A model generated the notes under the pieces. That model was given only the letters and a program-made list of their open reading frames with translations. It had not been told where the DNA came from and searched no databases. Both the position numbers and the translations under genes were made by a program. A DNA stretch of 64,000 bases from Octopus vulgaris (lineage: Eukaryota): NCBI GenBank assembly GCA_951406725.2, contig OX597840.1, positions 37,448,001 through 37,512,000 on the forward strand, read 5' to 3'. Positions 12,937-25,440 of the stretch are shown here, piece by piece; position 1 is the first letter of the stretch, and each line of letters opens with the position of its first letter.

Positions 12937-13402
12937 TAATCCAAACAAGAAAGCACAAAAAAACACAATAACGCAAGGACGTGGAACAAATATAGTATTA
13001 TTGGACGCTCAAGAAAGAAGGAAAGGAGGAGGGTTTAACGTTTCGAGCGGAGCTCTTCGTCGGAAACATAGGAGAAGGAAAGATCCAGAGAAGGAAAGAC
13101 AGAGGAAAAAAATCGCCAACGGTCCACAGGAGGAGATACAGATAGATAGATAGATAGAAATATGCATACATACACACACACATACACACATACATACATA
13201 CATACATATTTAATTGTGTCTGCGTTTGTCCGCCACTGCCGCTTAACAAACGGTGCTAGTGTGTTTACGTTCCTGCAACTTAGTGGTTCGATTTAAGGGA
13301 CTGCCAGAATAAATACGAGGCTTAAGAAATATATAAGTTTAAAATTTCTAAGGCAGTGCCCCAACATGGACGCAGTCTATGGACTGAAACAAGTAAAAGA
13401 GA
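12709..13402 (+). mobile_element. tRNA-derived SINE family C (CORE-like CCTTGGG motif, internal microsatellite), interrupted by a nested element
   Basis: Head GTGGCTGTGTGGTAAG and tail GACTGAAACAAGTAAAAGAG. Related copies lie at 16414, 20141, 33488, 34565 and 52907. Confidence 0.85.
12931..13140 (-). mobile_element. Short (TA)n-inserted element with a hammerhead-like motif, nested in SINE C
   Basis: Minus strand 13067-13033 reads GTTT-CCGACGA-A-GAGC-TCC-GCTC-GAAA-CGT-T-AAAC. The 3' part recurs at 52770-52868, and both copies end at (TA)n. Confidence 0.75.
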
Positions 13403-13591
13403 AATGCTAAGCGTAAATCAACATTCTTATTCCGTTGGTATAGAGGAAACCAAACTAAATTATTCTTAAATGTGTCACAGTTTGCCCAAGAGTCATCAGA
13501 TTAGGAGTACCCTGAACTGTTTAGATAACAAGCCCGTCTTTTAATTGTGCCATTGGCAAACACCACATATGCAATTTATGGTGGCCGTTCA

Positions 13592-13810
13592 TAGATAAGT
13601 TCTAGTTTGTGCTTGATTTAAATAGTAACTTTATATAAATATTAGCCATTGATTGATCCGTTGGAACACTTCCCTTCGAAGCCGACTGAGTTCCACTTAT
13701 TTACAGGTAAGTTGTAGTTGTATCTGATTTAAATAGTAACTTTCTGCGAATATTCTTTATTGCTTGATCAGTTCGAAGAGTGCTCGTCGAAACCGACAAA
13801 GATCCACTTC
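13592..13810. repeat. Diverged tandem duplication, about 113 bp
   Basis: AG.TAAGTT.TAGTT....TGATTTAAATAGTAACTTT...CGAA.CCGAC...TCCACTT occurs twice. Confidence 0.75.
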
Positions 13811-14064
13811 CAACCAGAAATGATAAGATATATTTAGACACATGTTGAAAAGGAATTGAAGAGTGTTGGCTTAATACTATCTTTTGGCGATTGTTTCTCC
13901 GCTAATAATTAGTTATTAAGGATAGGAAACTGTGAAAAATGGACTCCCTTTGCTCATGATGGAATTACAGGGGGAGGTGGGGGTCACTTAGTGAAACATG
14001 GTGAAAAATTAATGATAATACGTGTATGTGAGTGTATGTGTGTCTGTGGAGTGCGGAAGAGAAT

Positions 14065-14096
<32 letters not shown>

Positions 14097-14110
14097 GAGA
14101 GAGAGTGAGA

Positions 14111-14153
<43 letters not shown>

Positions 14154-14635
14154 CGGTGGTCAATTATGGTAGAGTTCTGTAGCTGGCTCAGATGGCGATC
14201 AGTAGCCTGATCAGATATCTATACTATATATTTGCGTTGTGCTTCTGTTCACACCTAGAAAGATGTCTGAGTGGAAACCCTGTGGGGACTGAAAGCGTTC
14301 AGACGGCGGATATGGGGTGGCGAGGAGGATGAGAAAGCAGTGTAGACGAGAGGAAGAGACTGTCAGACGGACGTTTACACTATGAGGAAGACGTGGTGAG
14401 AAACGTATCACACACACACACACACTTAGACACATATACACACACCTGCATATACGCACACAAGTATGTGTAAGCGTGCGCTTGAGGTTATATATATACA
14501 CACACACATACAAACACATATATATATATATGCATGTATGTTCACACATCTATATATGCATGCATATTTAATCTATATGCAAGAATATACAAATAGATAT
14601 ATTCAAATTGGATGCGTGTATATATCAATGATTGT

Positions 14636-14681
<46 letters not shown>

Positions 14682-14831
14682 AGTGTGTGTGTGTATATAT
14701 ATATATATGTGTGTGTGTGTGTATATATATATATATGTGTGTGTGTATATATATATGTATGTATATATATATATATATATGTATGTATATATATATATAT
14801 ATATGTGTGTATATATATATATATATATGTG

Positions 14832-14862
<31 letters not shown>

Positions 14863-14887
14863 GTGTGTGTATGTATATATATATGTG

Positions 14888-14955
<68 letters not shown>

Positions 14956-15265
14956 CATATATATATATGTGTGTGTGTGTGTATATATATATAGATAAAT
15001 AGATAGATAGATAGATGTGTGTCTCCGTGTGTCCATGTGTATGTGTGTATGCGTGAGGGTGCATGTCAGTGTGTGCTTTGAAAATCAGAATTAGTGATGC
15101 GAGTCCTTACTATTCGGTGTGGAGCGTATTTATGTCACACATCATTTGAATTCGGTGTTGAAACGTTGGAGAGTTATAATATAGATTTACACGGTCGCGA
15201 TTACCAAACAAATAACCTTACATACATTTGTGCATACATACATACATTCATGCATTACATTACAA

Positions 15266-15318
<53 letters not shown>

Positions 15319-15601
15319 TTAACAATTGAGGATAAAATCTTTAAAAGAAATTATACGTATATATATATATACGTATATATGGATACATATACGTATATAT
15401 ATATATATATATATATATACGTATATATGGATACATATATACATATACGTATATATATATATATATACATATACGTATATATATATATATATATACATAT
15501 ATACATATATTTGTATATGTATACAGGCACACATGCATATATATATACGTACGTAAATTTATACATACGTATATGTATGTATGTATGTATGTATGTATCT
15601 A

Positions 15602-15639
<38 letters not shown>

Positions 15640-15959
15640 CTTATATACATGTATATACACATGCATACAAACCTAATGTATGCATACATGATTACATACA
15701 TACATATTTTCATGCGTGCACACATTCAAGCATGCTTGCATACACAAATACAAGCGTGCATACAAGAATATACGCATCTGTCCATCTACATGCGCGTAGC
15801 TGTGTCTATAAACATAAGCATACTATTAAATTGGTCCAATTATGTTTGTGGCATATTTGGCCTGTCAAAAACAATTTTGTCTACGGTTTGCCTTGGTGTA
15901 AATTATTCTGGCTTTAACAATCATATAAGAACCCTTATTAGTAAGCCTGTGGATGCACT

Positions 15960-16170
15960 TCTAGCTTCGTTGATATCATCAGTTCCAGGTACTGTAAAGG
16001 AGACAATCCTTAAATGAATTTGGAATTATATATTCTCAACTTGTCTTCTGGGGAAGTCATAGCTGTTGTTAAAGTCTCTCGAAAGCTTTGCTGAAATCGA
16101 GAATATATCCAGGCTGGAACCGTCCGAAGAGCATTCAGAAGGCCATCAACGTACCGCAGGATCTATATCA
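15960..16170 (-). mobile_element. Decayed LINE reverse transcriptase fragment (CR1/L2-type)
   Basis: The minus strand gives ILRYVDGLLNAL and, after a frameshift, YILDFSKAFER, matching the non-LTR RT motif (I/Y)LDFSKAFD. Confidence 0.6.
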
Positions 16171-16413
16171 GATAATCTTCTAGACTCACACCACCGCCAC
16201 CACGACCACCACCAATAAGTCGAAGACGTTAAGCGTTGTGAAATGTTTGGTCCCTCCTCATTGTACTAAATATCATTCTCGACAGCTCAAAGAAGTTTAG
16301 GTGTGTTCCTTCGACCTTCCAGAAATAAGACAAACCATACCACCCCATCATAGAACATCCTGCCATCATATAGAAGGAAAAATTGAATGAAATGGGCCAA
16401 GATATAAAAAAAA

Positions 16414-16834
16414 CGTGGTTGTGAGCTACGACGTTTGTTTCCCAATCTCGTGTTTGCGAGTTCAGTTCCACTACGTGGCACACTGGGCAAGTGCCTTCTA
16501 CTACAGCCGCGCACCAAACAAAGCCTTGTGAGTGGATTTGGTAGACGTAAACTGAATGAAGATCGTCGTATATATATATATTTATATTTGTGTGTGTGTA
16601 TGTGCGTGCATGTGTGTGCATTTGTCTTCGCTTCCGTGTTTACCCGCACCACCACTTGACAGCCGGTGTTTGTGTGCTTACGACCTCATAACTTAATGGT
16701 TCAGCAAAAGAGACCGATAGAAAAACTACCAGGCTTAGAAAACGCATTGGTGTCTATTCTTTCGACTAAAATTCCTCAAGTTGCTGCCCCATGATGGCCG
16801 CAGTCTAATGAATGACACAATTAAAAGATAAAAG
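16414..16834 (+). mobile_element. SINE family C
   Basis: CCACTACGTGGCACACTGGGCAAGTGCCTTCTACTA, an internal (TA)/(TG) tract, and tail ATGGCCGCAGTCTAATGA..TAAAAGA. Confidence 0.9.
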
Positions 16835-16879
16835 CTAATCACGAGGCCGAAATTCCTATGATCATCAGACAGTACAATC

Positions 16880-17290
16880 AGGAAAGACTTCTTAGAAATA
16901 GCAGCCAAATTATAACCTTTCAGATCTTTCAGCAAGAAGGACCTGTTAAATATTGTAATCGTCTATACATTAATAGACTGGATAGTCACGATTGGAATAT
17001 ATAAGTCTGCCCAGTCGGAGCAAAATTTGTATTAGGCACCTACAACAGTGACAGTAGCAGCTGCACTATTCGGTGTCATTTTGGTCAGTTTGCTTACTAG
17101 AAATAGCAGCTAAATCACTCTGAAAATCTGCCTGTTTTGCTTTGTATAAGTAAAGACGGAGACATGAGGTAAAGTAGTGCCACAAACGCACTAAATATAG
17201 AACATTCTCGACTGGAATTCTCTTGATAATAGTTTAGCTTAATCAGAGTTATGTGAACTTAGTTATAACAACAACACATTACAACAACAA
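16880..17290 (+). repeat. Two adjacent copies of old interspersed repeat family D
   Basis: Motif TAGAAATAGCAGC.AAAT at about 16893 and 17098, with (CAA)-rich ends. The motif also occurs at 44030, 49508, 55160 and, reversed, at 9490 and 46855. Confidence 0.6.
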
Positions 17291-18379
17291 GAAGAGCAAT
17301 ATCGACAGCGAAAGTATTTCTCTAGAGAAGAGTATTATTAAAATCAGAAAATCACTAATATTCCCTAATTAACTGAAGATAGAAGATAAAATGTCGATTA
17401 GATTTCGTCTCCATTTGTCACAAAATGAATACTAAATCTTGTTTATCTAAATATAGAGAAATATGGAAAATTGAATTGCAACGACTATAATGAAGCTAAA
17501 ATTGTAGAAAATGGCTATTTAATATTCAGACAGAAGAATCTCAAATAAAAGTATTCTAGACCACTATTTGGAGACGTTTCACCAATAAATGGAATCTTTT
17601 CGACTTATAATAATCAATAGATTAACGCGAAATACGAAAGTAAATCAGAGAAACATCATTTCATTTCAAGCAAAATCTTCCATCTTATGAGTAACCATCC
17701 ATTTGTATGCTAAGTAAAATTGATATTGGCTTTTCTTATGGTTTAACACAGATGTAAATAGATGAATACATGAACTCTGTAGCATGTCAGAGGCTGGTGA
17801 TGGGTTTCCTCTCTATTTGTGTTTCACTATTTGCGATCTTTCAGGCAATCGTAAAACTAAAGTAATGGCCTTAATATGGTTTATCTTCAGATTGAATATC
17901 TCCGAACTTCACTGTCAAATACAGGTAAGAAGAAGAAGATAAAACAAAGAAATTCTAAGGAACTTAAGTTCTACAGAGGTAAGTTTGACAATTTTTTCAC
18001 AGTGTGTTTACAGAATAGTGACAGCAGGACTGGAAAAGCCATAACATGGTTTCTCTGGGATTTTCCGCTTCACTCGAAGGTATGGCAATTTGGCCATAAA
18101 ATAAATACGGGTTTTCGCACCAAGGAACGGGAACGTCATAACTTCTTTTTCCAGTGGCGATGGTAAAATAGTTTTTAAAATATGAATAAACATATGTCGA
18201 AAACATATTCATCCTGTTGTTTTAATTATAACTAAATTTATTACTGTTGCAGTCTGACATTTCAGTGGAAGTCTTTGAGATGCCGCTCTTATCTAGAATA
18301 GATTCTCCAAGACTCAAGGCAGTGAAATGAGGAGTCAGGTGTTGGAGATTGTAACTTGGATATGCGCCGTTAAAATGCT

Positions 18380-18930
18380 ATTCTCCCAAAATCTCATTTC
18401 AAACTGACTGTTGCTGAGTTGGATGTTCCAACACATCTGTGGATCTGTCTCTAGAGAGAGAGAGGATATCTGTGATGGTCAAACTGAAGTCTTGTCGGCT
18501 TCCCGCAAGAATGTCCATGTTGCACAACAGTTGATTCTCCAAGCGTGTTGCTTGCTTGTGCCGCAAAATATGCAACAACATATCCCTCATAAATACCATG
18601 TCCTCAATCAAAGTATACCAATCAAGTTTCTGCTTGATCTTTTGAGATCCCAAAGGTATTTTTAGTATGATACAGCAAAGGAGACGGCAAGCAAAGTAGG
18701 ACAATCATCGAAGCGCTGTTTCACTCTGTTCTGAATTTTAACGCATTCGTCATACGAGACATCAATTAAATGAAGGCTTTCATGACTGCGTGGTGTGGAT
18801 CAACAATCCTGAGCAACCTCGGAGTGCGCCCAACAGTGGCGAGGATTTTGAACGGGCTGACTCTACTTAGTAAAGCGAAGGCTTTCGGGAAGTCATCGAG
18901 AGCAATGCTGAGGGATTATCTATGTTTCTC
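18380..18930 (-). mobile_element. Heavily decayed CR1/L2-type LINE RT remnant
   Basis: Ordered degenerate RT motifs on the minus strand: SIALDDFPKAF (cf. ALDISKAFD), SEVAQDC (cf. SGVPQGS), an FIND-like segment, RFDDCPTL (cf. FADDSTL) and SLTITDILS (cf. GLTITEDLS). Many stops and indels. Confidence 0.55.
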
Positions 18931-20140
18931 TACATTTTTCCTATTGTTGTCAAAGGGGAAAGATCATTGTGGGGAGTTCTAACCACAGGCCACATCGAGG
19001 ACGGAGATGCCCACTGCAACTTTATCCAGTCCACTTAGGATGATATAATCAAAGCCTATGAAAGAGATTTCTTTGTAGTTCCTGTAATCACTTTTATCTC
19101 TTCTGATATTGTAGAGAGCAACAATTATTGCAGTGTCTCACATCATCTGGTTCTGGAATAAAACTGAATCTTTAATCTATTATTTCATATACATCATTGT
19201 AATGTCATTTAGACGTTTGAAGAAGATTCCTTGAAGGAGAAGCATTGTTGGGTCGTGTTTAAGGTATCTGTTCGTTTTATGCCCTAACCTTTGATCTGCT
19301 CATCATTGCTCACTCGAAAATACTTCGTTCATTTGAAGGGAAATAACATGTTAAAGGCTTTCACAGAACTTCCAAGAACAGTGTGTATGGTGACAATGTC
19401 ATTCCCTAACAACTCAAAGTAAGATAGCTTGTAAACATGGTTATAAAGGGGATTGCAGAAAGATGATATACGGGGTAAAAGGAATTTGGCAAATGGTTGT
19501 ATCTAGGGTTGTGTGATTGGTGATACATAAAATATGAATGACGGAAAGAAGGAAGACACATCAGTCAGATGATGCTGTATAGCGTCAGCACAAATGCAAT
19601 GAAATTATAATGTTGATCTCGAGGGTGTTAATTAAAGGAGTAACTAAACCTAACAAACTAATTAGCGACTCTTGCGATACTGTCAATTACAATTTCGTAC
19701 ACTTCTCATCAAATGTGCTACGATCATTTTTGCTCGGACTTTCATTTAGATAATGGACATTTCATTATAGTTTCTAACCGTATTTTGATGATCTTTGTAT
19801 GAAGGTAGACGTGGAAGTTGGGAGATTTGACAGATATTTCCATAATTTCGAATCTTCCAATAAAATTTCTATCGTTTATTGTTGTTGTCATCGTTGTCTA
19901 ACCCGACGTATTCAAGAAAGAACATACGGGTATCTCCCGAAAAAACAAATCCAACCAATGACTACATTATATTTTGTCTTGCTTTTGATTCTCAGAGGTT
20001 ATATCCTTCTACGTAAACAGTTTGCTCATTATTTAACATCGTAGCGTGTGATTTAAAGTAGAAATCACTTCGCTTTCTAATGCATCCAAACCTGCGATTT
20101 AGGAGGCTGCACCGTCTTTTTGCTTCTGATATAGCATATA

Positions 20141-20325
20141 CTCTTTTACTTGTTTCAGTTATTTGACTGTGGCCATGCTAGAGCACAGCCTTTAGTCGAG
20201 CAAATCAACCCCAGGACTTATTCTTTGTAAGCCTAGTACTTATTCTATCGGTCTCTTTTTGCCGAACTGCTAAGTTACGGTGGCGTAAACACACCAGCAT
20301 CGGTTGTGAAGCGATGTTGGGGGGA

Positions 20326-20368
<43 letters not shown>

Positions 20369-20533
20369 GACGGGATTCTTTCGGTTTCCGTCCTACCAAA
20401 TTCACTCACAAGGCTTTGGTCGGCCCGAGGCTATAGTAGAAGACACCTGCCCAAGATGCCACGTAGCGGGACTGAACCCAGAACCATGTGATTCGTAAGC
20501 AAGCTACTTACCACACAGCCACTCCCACACCTA
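20141..20533 (-). mobile_element. SINE family C, full length
   Basis: Complete reverse-complement copy with tRNA head, CTTGGGCAGGTGTCTTCTACTATAGCCTCGGGCCG, internal (CA)n and tail. Confidence 0.95.
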
Positions 20534-20563
20534 TGTTTTGTTTCTTTATATCTTTATTTCATA

Positions 20564-20617
<54 letters not shown>

Positions 20618-21216
20618 ACAACACACATTCCATTTAGTTATGTAATCCAAGAATACGAATTTAAGAACTCAATGCTACTTACAGAACTGTTGCAAAAAGA
20701 AAAGAAAAAAGATGACGGAAATAATGTAATTTCTATTTAATTGATGAATATTCAAAATAAAATTTTGTCCACGGCAAGATTATTATTAAATATTTAAAGA
20801 GATGCTAGCATTAATAGGAAATTCCATTTAAGAGAATGGTCGTTTCCTCATTTCATCAGTTCCATTGCAAATGTAAGGAATTATAATGACAAATGACTTT
20901 TCGAATACTCGATAATACTGTAAATAGCATTGCCGGATTAAAGAGTGTGTGCGTGTAGAGAGAGAGAGTTGCGGTTCTAAGACGACACCGTTTATTGATG
21001 CGAATAATTCGAAGACTCTCGTAGATTAAGACAACTGATATTTAGAAATAATAATTAGATTCAGCCAGAGACAAAAAAAATAAAAAAAAAGGAAAAAAAA
21101 CAACAAAAAATTAGAAAAGAATTCATAGAGTGAAAATTTCATCACGAAAATTCTTGAATAATTTAAAACGTTATTTGGAAAAACTGATTGTTGAGGAGCC
21201 GATGCATACAAACGTA

Positions 21217-21253
<37 letters not shown>

Positions 21254-21399
21254 TTTCTCTCTCTCTTCCCTCCCCTCTCTCTTTTTTTCTCCTCTCTTTC
21301 TCTCTCGTGCTATCGTTGCATAATGGAATAGATTATTGCCGTTTGTTTAGAGATCCGATTACTTTTGGTAATTGCAATGTCACTATCCTCATATTCTTC

Positions 21400-22140
21400 A
21401 TTGTCATCGTGCTGACGTCGTGCTCATCATCGCAATCATCATCATCATCATCATCATCATAATAATAATCATCGTCATCATCGTCATCATCATCATCAAC
21501 ACCATCATCATCATCATCATCCTCACCATCATCATAATCATCATCATCACCATCATCATCATAATAATCGTCATCATCATCATCATCATCATCATAACCA
21601 TCATCATTTTTTTTTGTCATCGTAAGCAGTACCAGCACCACATCGCCACCTTGAAAACTAAGATGATGATCGTCATAGCCATCATCGTCATCATCGCCAT
21701 CATCGTCGCCATCCTGTTTTATATTATTATTATCGATATCATAATAACATGTTTATTAACACTATCATGGATGTCACATTTATCATTTTCGCCAATTTCC
21801 CAAATTCGCTCTTTTCCTCCTTTCCTTCATCCGTCCACGCATCCACCCGTCCATCCACCCGTCCCTCTAACCCTGTATCTATGAAGTCATTTACGCATAT
21901 ATCCGACCCTCTATCTACTCATCCACCCTACTAACCGAACTCACATCTCTTCATCCATCCCCCTTTCCTACCTCCCTTCCTCCCTCGCTTCCCCTTCCCT
22001 TTCTCCATCCTTCCGTGACTATATTTCTCCCCTTCATCCCTTTTTCGCACCTTTCCCCCTCTCCATCAATCAGTCATCCTTCATCCGCGCATCCCTCTTC
22101 CCCTCTACCACCAACCACCCACCCATCCATTTATTCACCA
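21400..22140. repeat. (CAT)n microsatellite followed by a C/T-rich low-complexity tract
   Basis: Directly visible in the sequence. Confidence 0.9.
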
Positions 22141-23921
22141 AATATGTCAGGTGCAAACGATTAGGTACATGCGCATTGGTTTTGTACAGGAAAGAATATT
22201 AGTCTTTTGTTTTTTTTTTTTTTATCATTTTAGCTTCTCCCAGTTTCACCCTTAATCAGTTATTTTACTTTCTACCCTACTTCTTTTCTAACAAAAAAAT
22301 TAAGGGCACCATGACTACAGGAAATTTTCAATTTATCACCAGAAAGTAACGGTCGACATTAATTAGTATTTTTACGGTGCTGCCGCCATTCGTTACTGCT
22401 GTAAATCACATCACTTCGAGCCAACAAGGGTTCAACCACATAGTCGTTTGACCTTCCAGAAAGAGAAACAGTAATCTCACTCAAATTACCTTCTATTGAT
22501 TTAAAATATGAGGAAATAACCGAATCAGTTTACTTGTACCCGGTTATAGAAAATAAACAATAAAAGAATAATTGAGAAAATTTGAAATATCTTTTGTGTT
22601 AAGTCTCTTCCAATTTGAGTTTTTGAGCATGCAAGCACGATTCAGAGCAGGCAACCATATTTGACTATAATCCTGGGAGACATAAAAGCAGACGATCAAA
22701 TTGTTTTGCTTTGGCTACTGGAAACAATGACTTTCTTTTACGTGCCAATTGGCAAGCATGAAAGAGAAAACCATTTGGCTACCCACATGGGGATCTCCAA
22801 GAATATAGACACGTGGAATCGCACTCGTTAAAGCCTGCACGCACGATCAAAAAGTTAAAAAGAGAGGGCATAATGGAAAATATATCCCTAGATACATAAA
22901 GTCCGAAAGAATGTGTGATGTTCTCGGCTAGAAAACATGGTGGCTGAAAACTAGAAGGGAGATACTCACAAGAGTTCCGCCCGAAGGTTCAATAGTCTTT
23001 TAGGATATCTGGTTTGCACGATTCCTTATGTGTTCGGGTAAATCACAGACGTAGGGCTTCTCATGTAGGTTCAATATCCTTCCTCATCGAACCCCCATTG
23101 TATTTGCATATAGATTACACTGTTAACAACAAGGGTAACGAAACTGGCGATGAATGGCGAGCGTCTGTGAACGATATAACTCAAGGTGTGACGTTTTTCA
23201 GTAGCGGAGCCATTACATAACAGAAGATAAAGCTAAACTAGCGACACCATGTGGTGATTCCATTGTATATCAACTGAGAAATTTCTCATTGTATGTCCTT
23301 CATTCATTCACTCTCTCTCTCTTTTCTGTCGCTCGATCAAACCATCGTTCATTGTAACTCTTTCCCACGTTCTCCCGTTATCTTGAAAACTTTCGCTATT
23401 CAATTACTGAGATGAATAGTGGATATACACAATTATTTTGAGAGAAAACAATGAAGTGTATATCTTTTGATAATGTTCTTTTTCTAAAGTATTCGAGACA
23501 TGAGATGGTGTGAAATGTGCACAGTTAGCATTGAAGGAACGGCTTAAGGAGTGGAGAACGGAGGGAAGTAAAGTCTTTGTTATCGACTTATCATCTTTCG
23601 TACCATGAGAGATGTTATCGGTTATTTTAAAATTTACTCGAGGAAATAAACAAATTTCATCTATGGAAGAATATCGTAGACATAATGTTTCCGAATTATA
23701 CTGCGGTTATATAGCTGCATTTTGTATAAATTTAACAAAGCTTAATAAGGTGTTATTTACAAACCTGAGACAAGTGCGTTCCAATGGATAAAAGCTGATG
23801 GCGTAAGAAAACGTTCGATTCACTGGCGTCAACACCATTTTGATAATCGCCAGTGTTAGGTGATCTAATGTATCGTTTTCTTGTTCTCCATTGAGGACGG
23901 TTACCCCTGAGGAAAAAAAAA

Positions 23922-24225
23922 GAACGGCACTTCGCCGATAAGTGATGCAGTTCATCCAACGAACGGAACAGCCTGCTTGTGAAATTATCGTGCAAGTGGC
24001 TGAGCACTCCACAGACACTCGTGTCCTTAACGTGGTTCTTGGGGGAAATTCAGCGAGATATAGAGATAAGGCTGGCCCTTTGAAATACAGGTAAAACTCA
24101 TCTTTGCCACCAGAGTGAACAGGATCAGCGAGAAGCGACTTGCTCAAGGATACAAAGCGCTTCTGGGTATCGAACTCTCGACCTGACGATAGTTAGCCGA
24201 ACACCCTGAAGCACTAAGCCACGTG
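23922..24225 (-). mobile_element. tRNA-derived SINE sharing the family A 3' module but with a different head
   Basis: Minus strand: GTGGCTTAGTG (A box), GAGTTCGATACC (B box), TCCTTGAGCAAG, then TACCTGTATT...TGTGGAGTGCTCAGCCACTTGCAC as in 985-1333. Confidence 0.85.
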
Positions 24226-24912
24226 ATCATTTCATAGAAAACTGATTGTTATTTCGACAGGTATGAACTACCATAAAGTGGTTCGCTTTCTTGTATCAAA
24301 AGCGAAAGTTGGAGAGTTGACTGTTTTTCTTGCTTCCGGTGTGGCTTTATGTGTTCTTCATATGAAGAAGACACAGAAAACGTATTCAGAAATCTGTTAC
24401 ACAAAACTTTCGCGAATTTCTTAGAATTCTAAAGCGTATAAAACATAAATTAAGAGCAATATTTTTCAGAAAGATCAAAAATTGATTTTTAATCGACGAA
24501 ATAGAAAGAAAAAAAAAAAGGTGGGGAGGGAATGAAAATTCATAAAATTATTTTTGTAAATACTTATTGCCAGAAAGATAAAATTACGTACTCTACATCA
24601 CCTACGCCTAGAGTACATGACGGAGAGTTAGCAAATTTCAATTTTGAATGGCAGAGACTGGAAAATATTTCTCCAGAAAGAAAGATTATGGTGAAGAAAA
24701 AATAAATAAATAACATAAAACAAACAAACAAAAGAAAGAAGTTAGTTTCCGCTTCGAAGGAACCGCCAGCAGAAATACAGGAATCAGATATTGATAGCGG
24801 TGGTCGTCCTACCTACCGCCCCCCCCCCCCCGACATCCTACATCAGAAAGAAAACAGAAGAAATACGATAGGTAACGGCTTGGAACTCTTTGCTTTTGAA
24901 TATGTGGGTACA

Positions 24913-24977
<65 letters not shown>

Positions 24978-25336
24978 GTGTGTGTTTACGTAAGTATACA
25001 TGTAACTACGATGCATGGAAAGATGTTGGTTGGAAGGGAAAGAGTCTGGCAGGTAGGCCAGTGTATGTGGATGCGAGTAGGAATTCAAGAGAAGAGTGTA
25101 CGTATATATATACATACACACACACACACATATATATACATACATACTTCCATCGATACGTACATAGTACTTGCATGTGCGTTATATCATAATCCCCCCC
25201 ACACACATAAACATATATATTTACACATATATAAAGATATAATATTAATTTATGTATATGTGTTGCTATATATAAGTATATGCACGTGCACACAAATACA
25301 CATACATATATATTCATATACATGTGTATACATATA

Positions 25337-25384
<48 letters not shown>

Positions 25385-25394
25385 CCTGTGTGTG

Positions 25395-25440
<46 letters not shown>

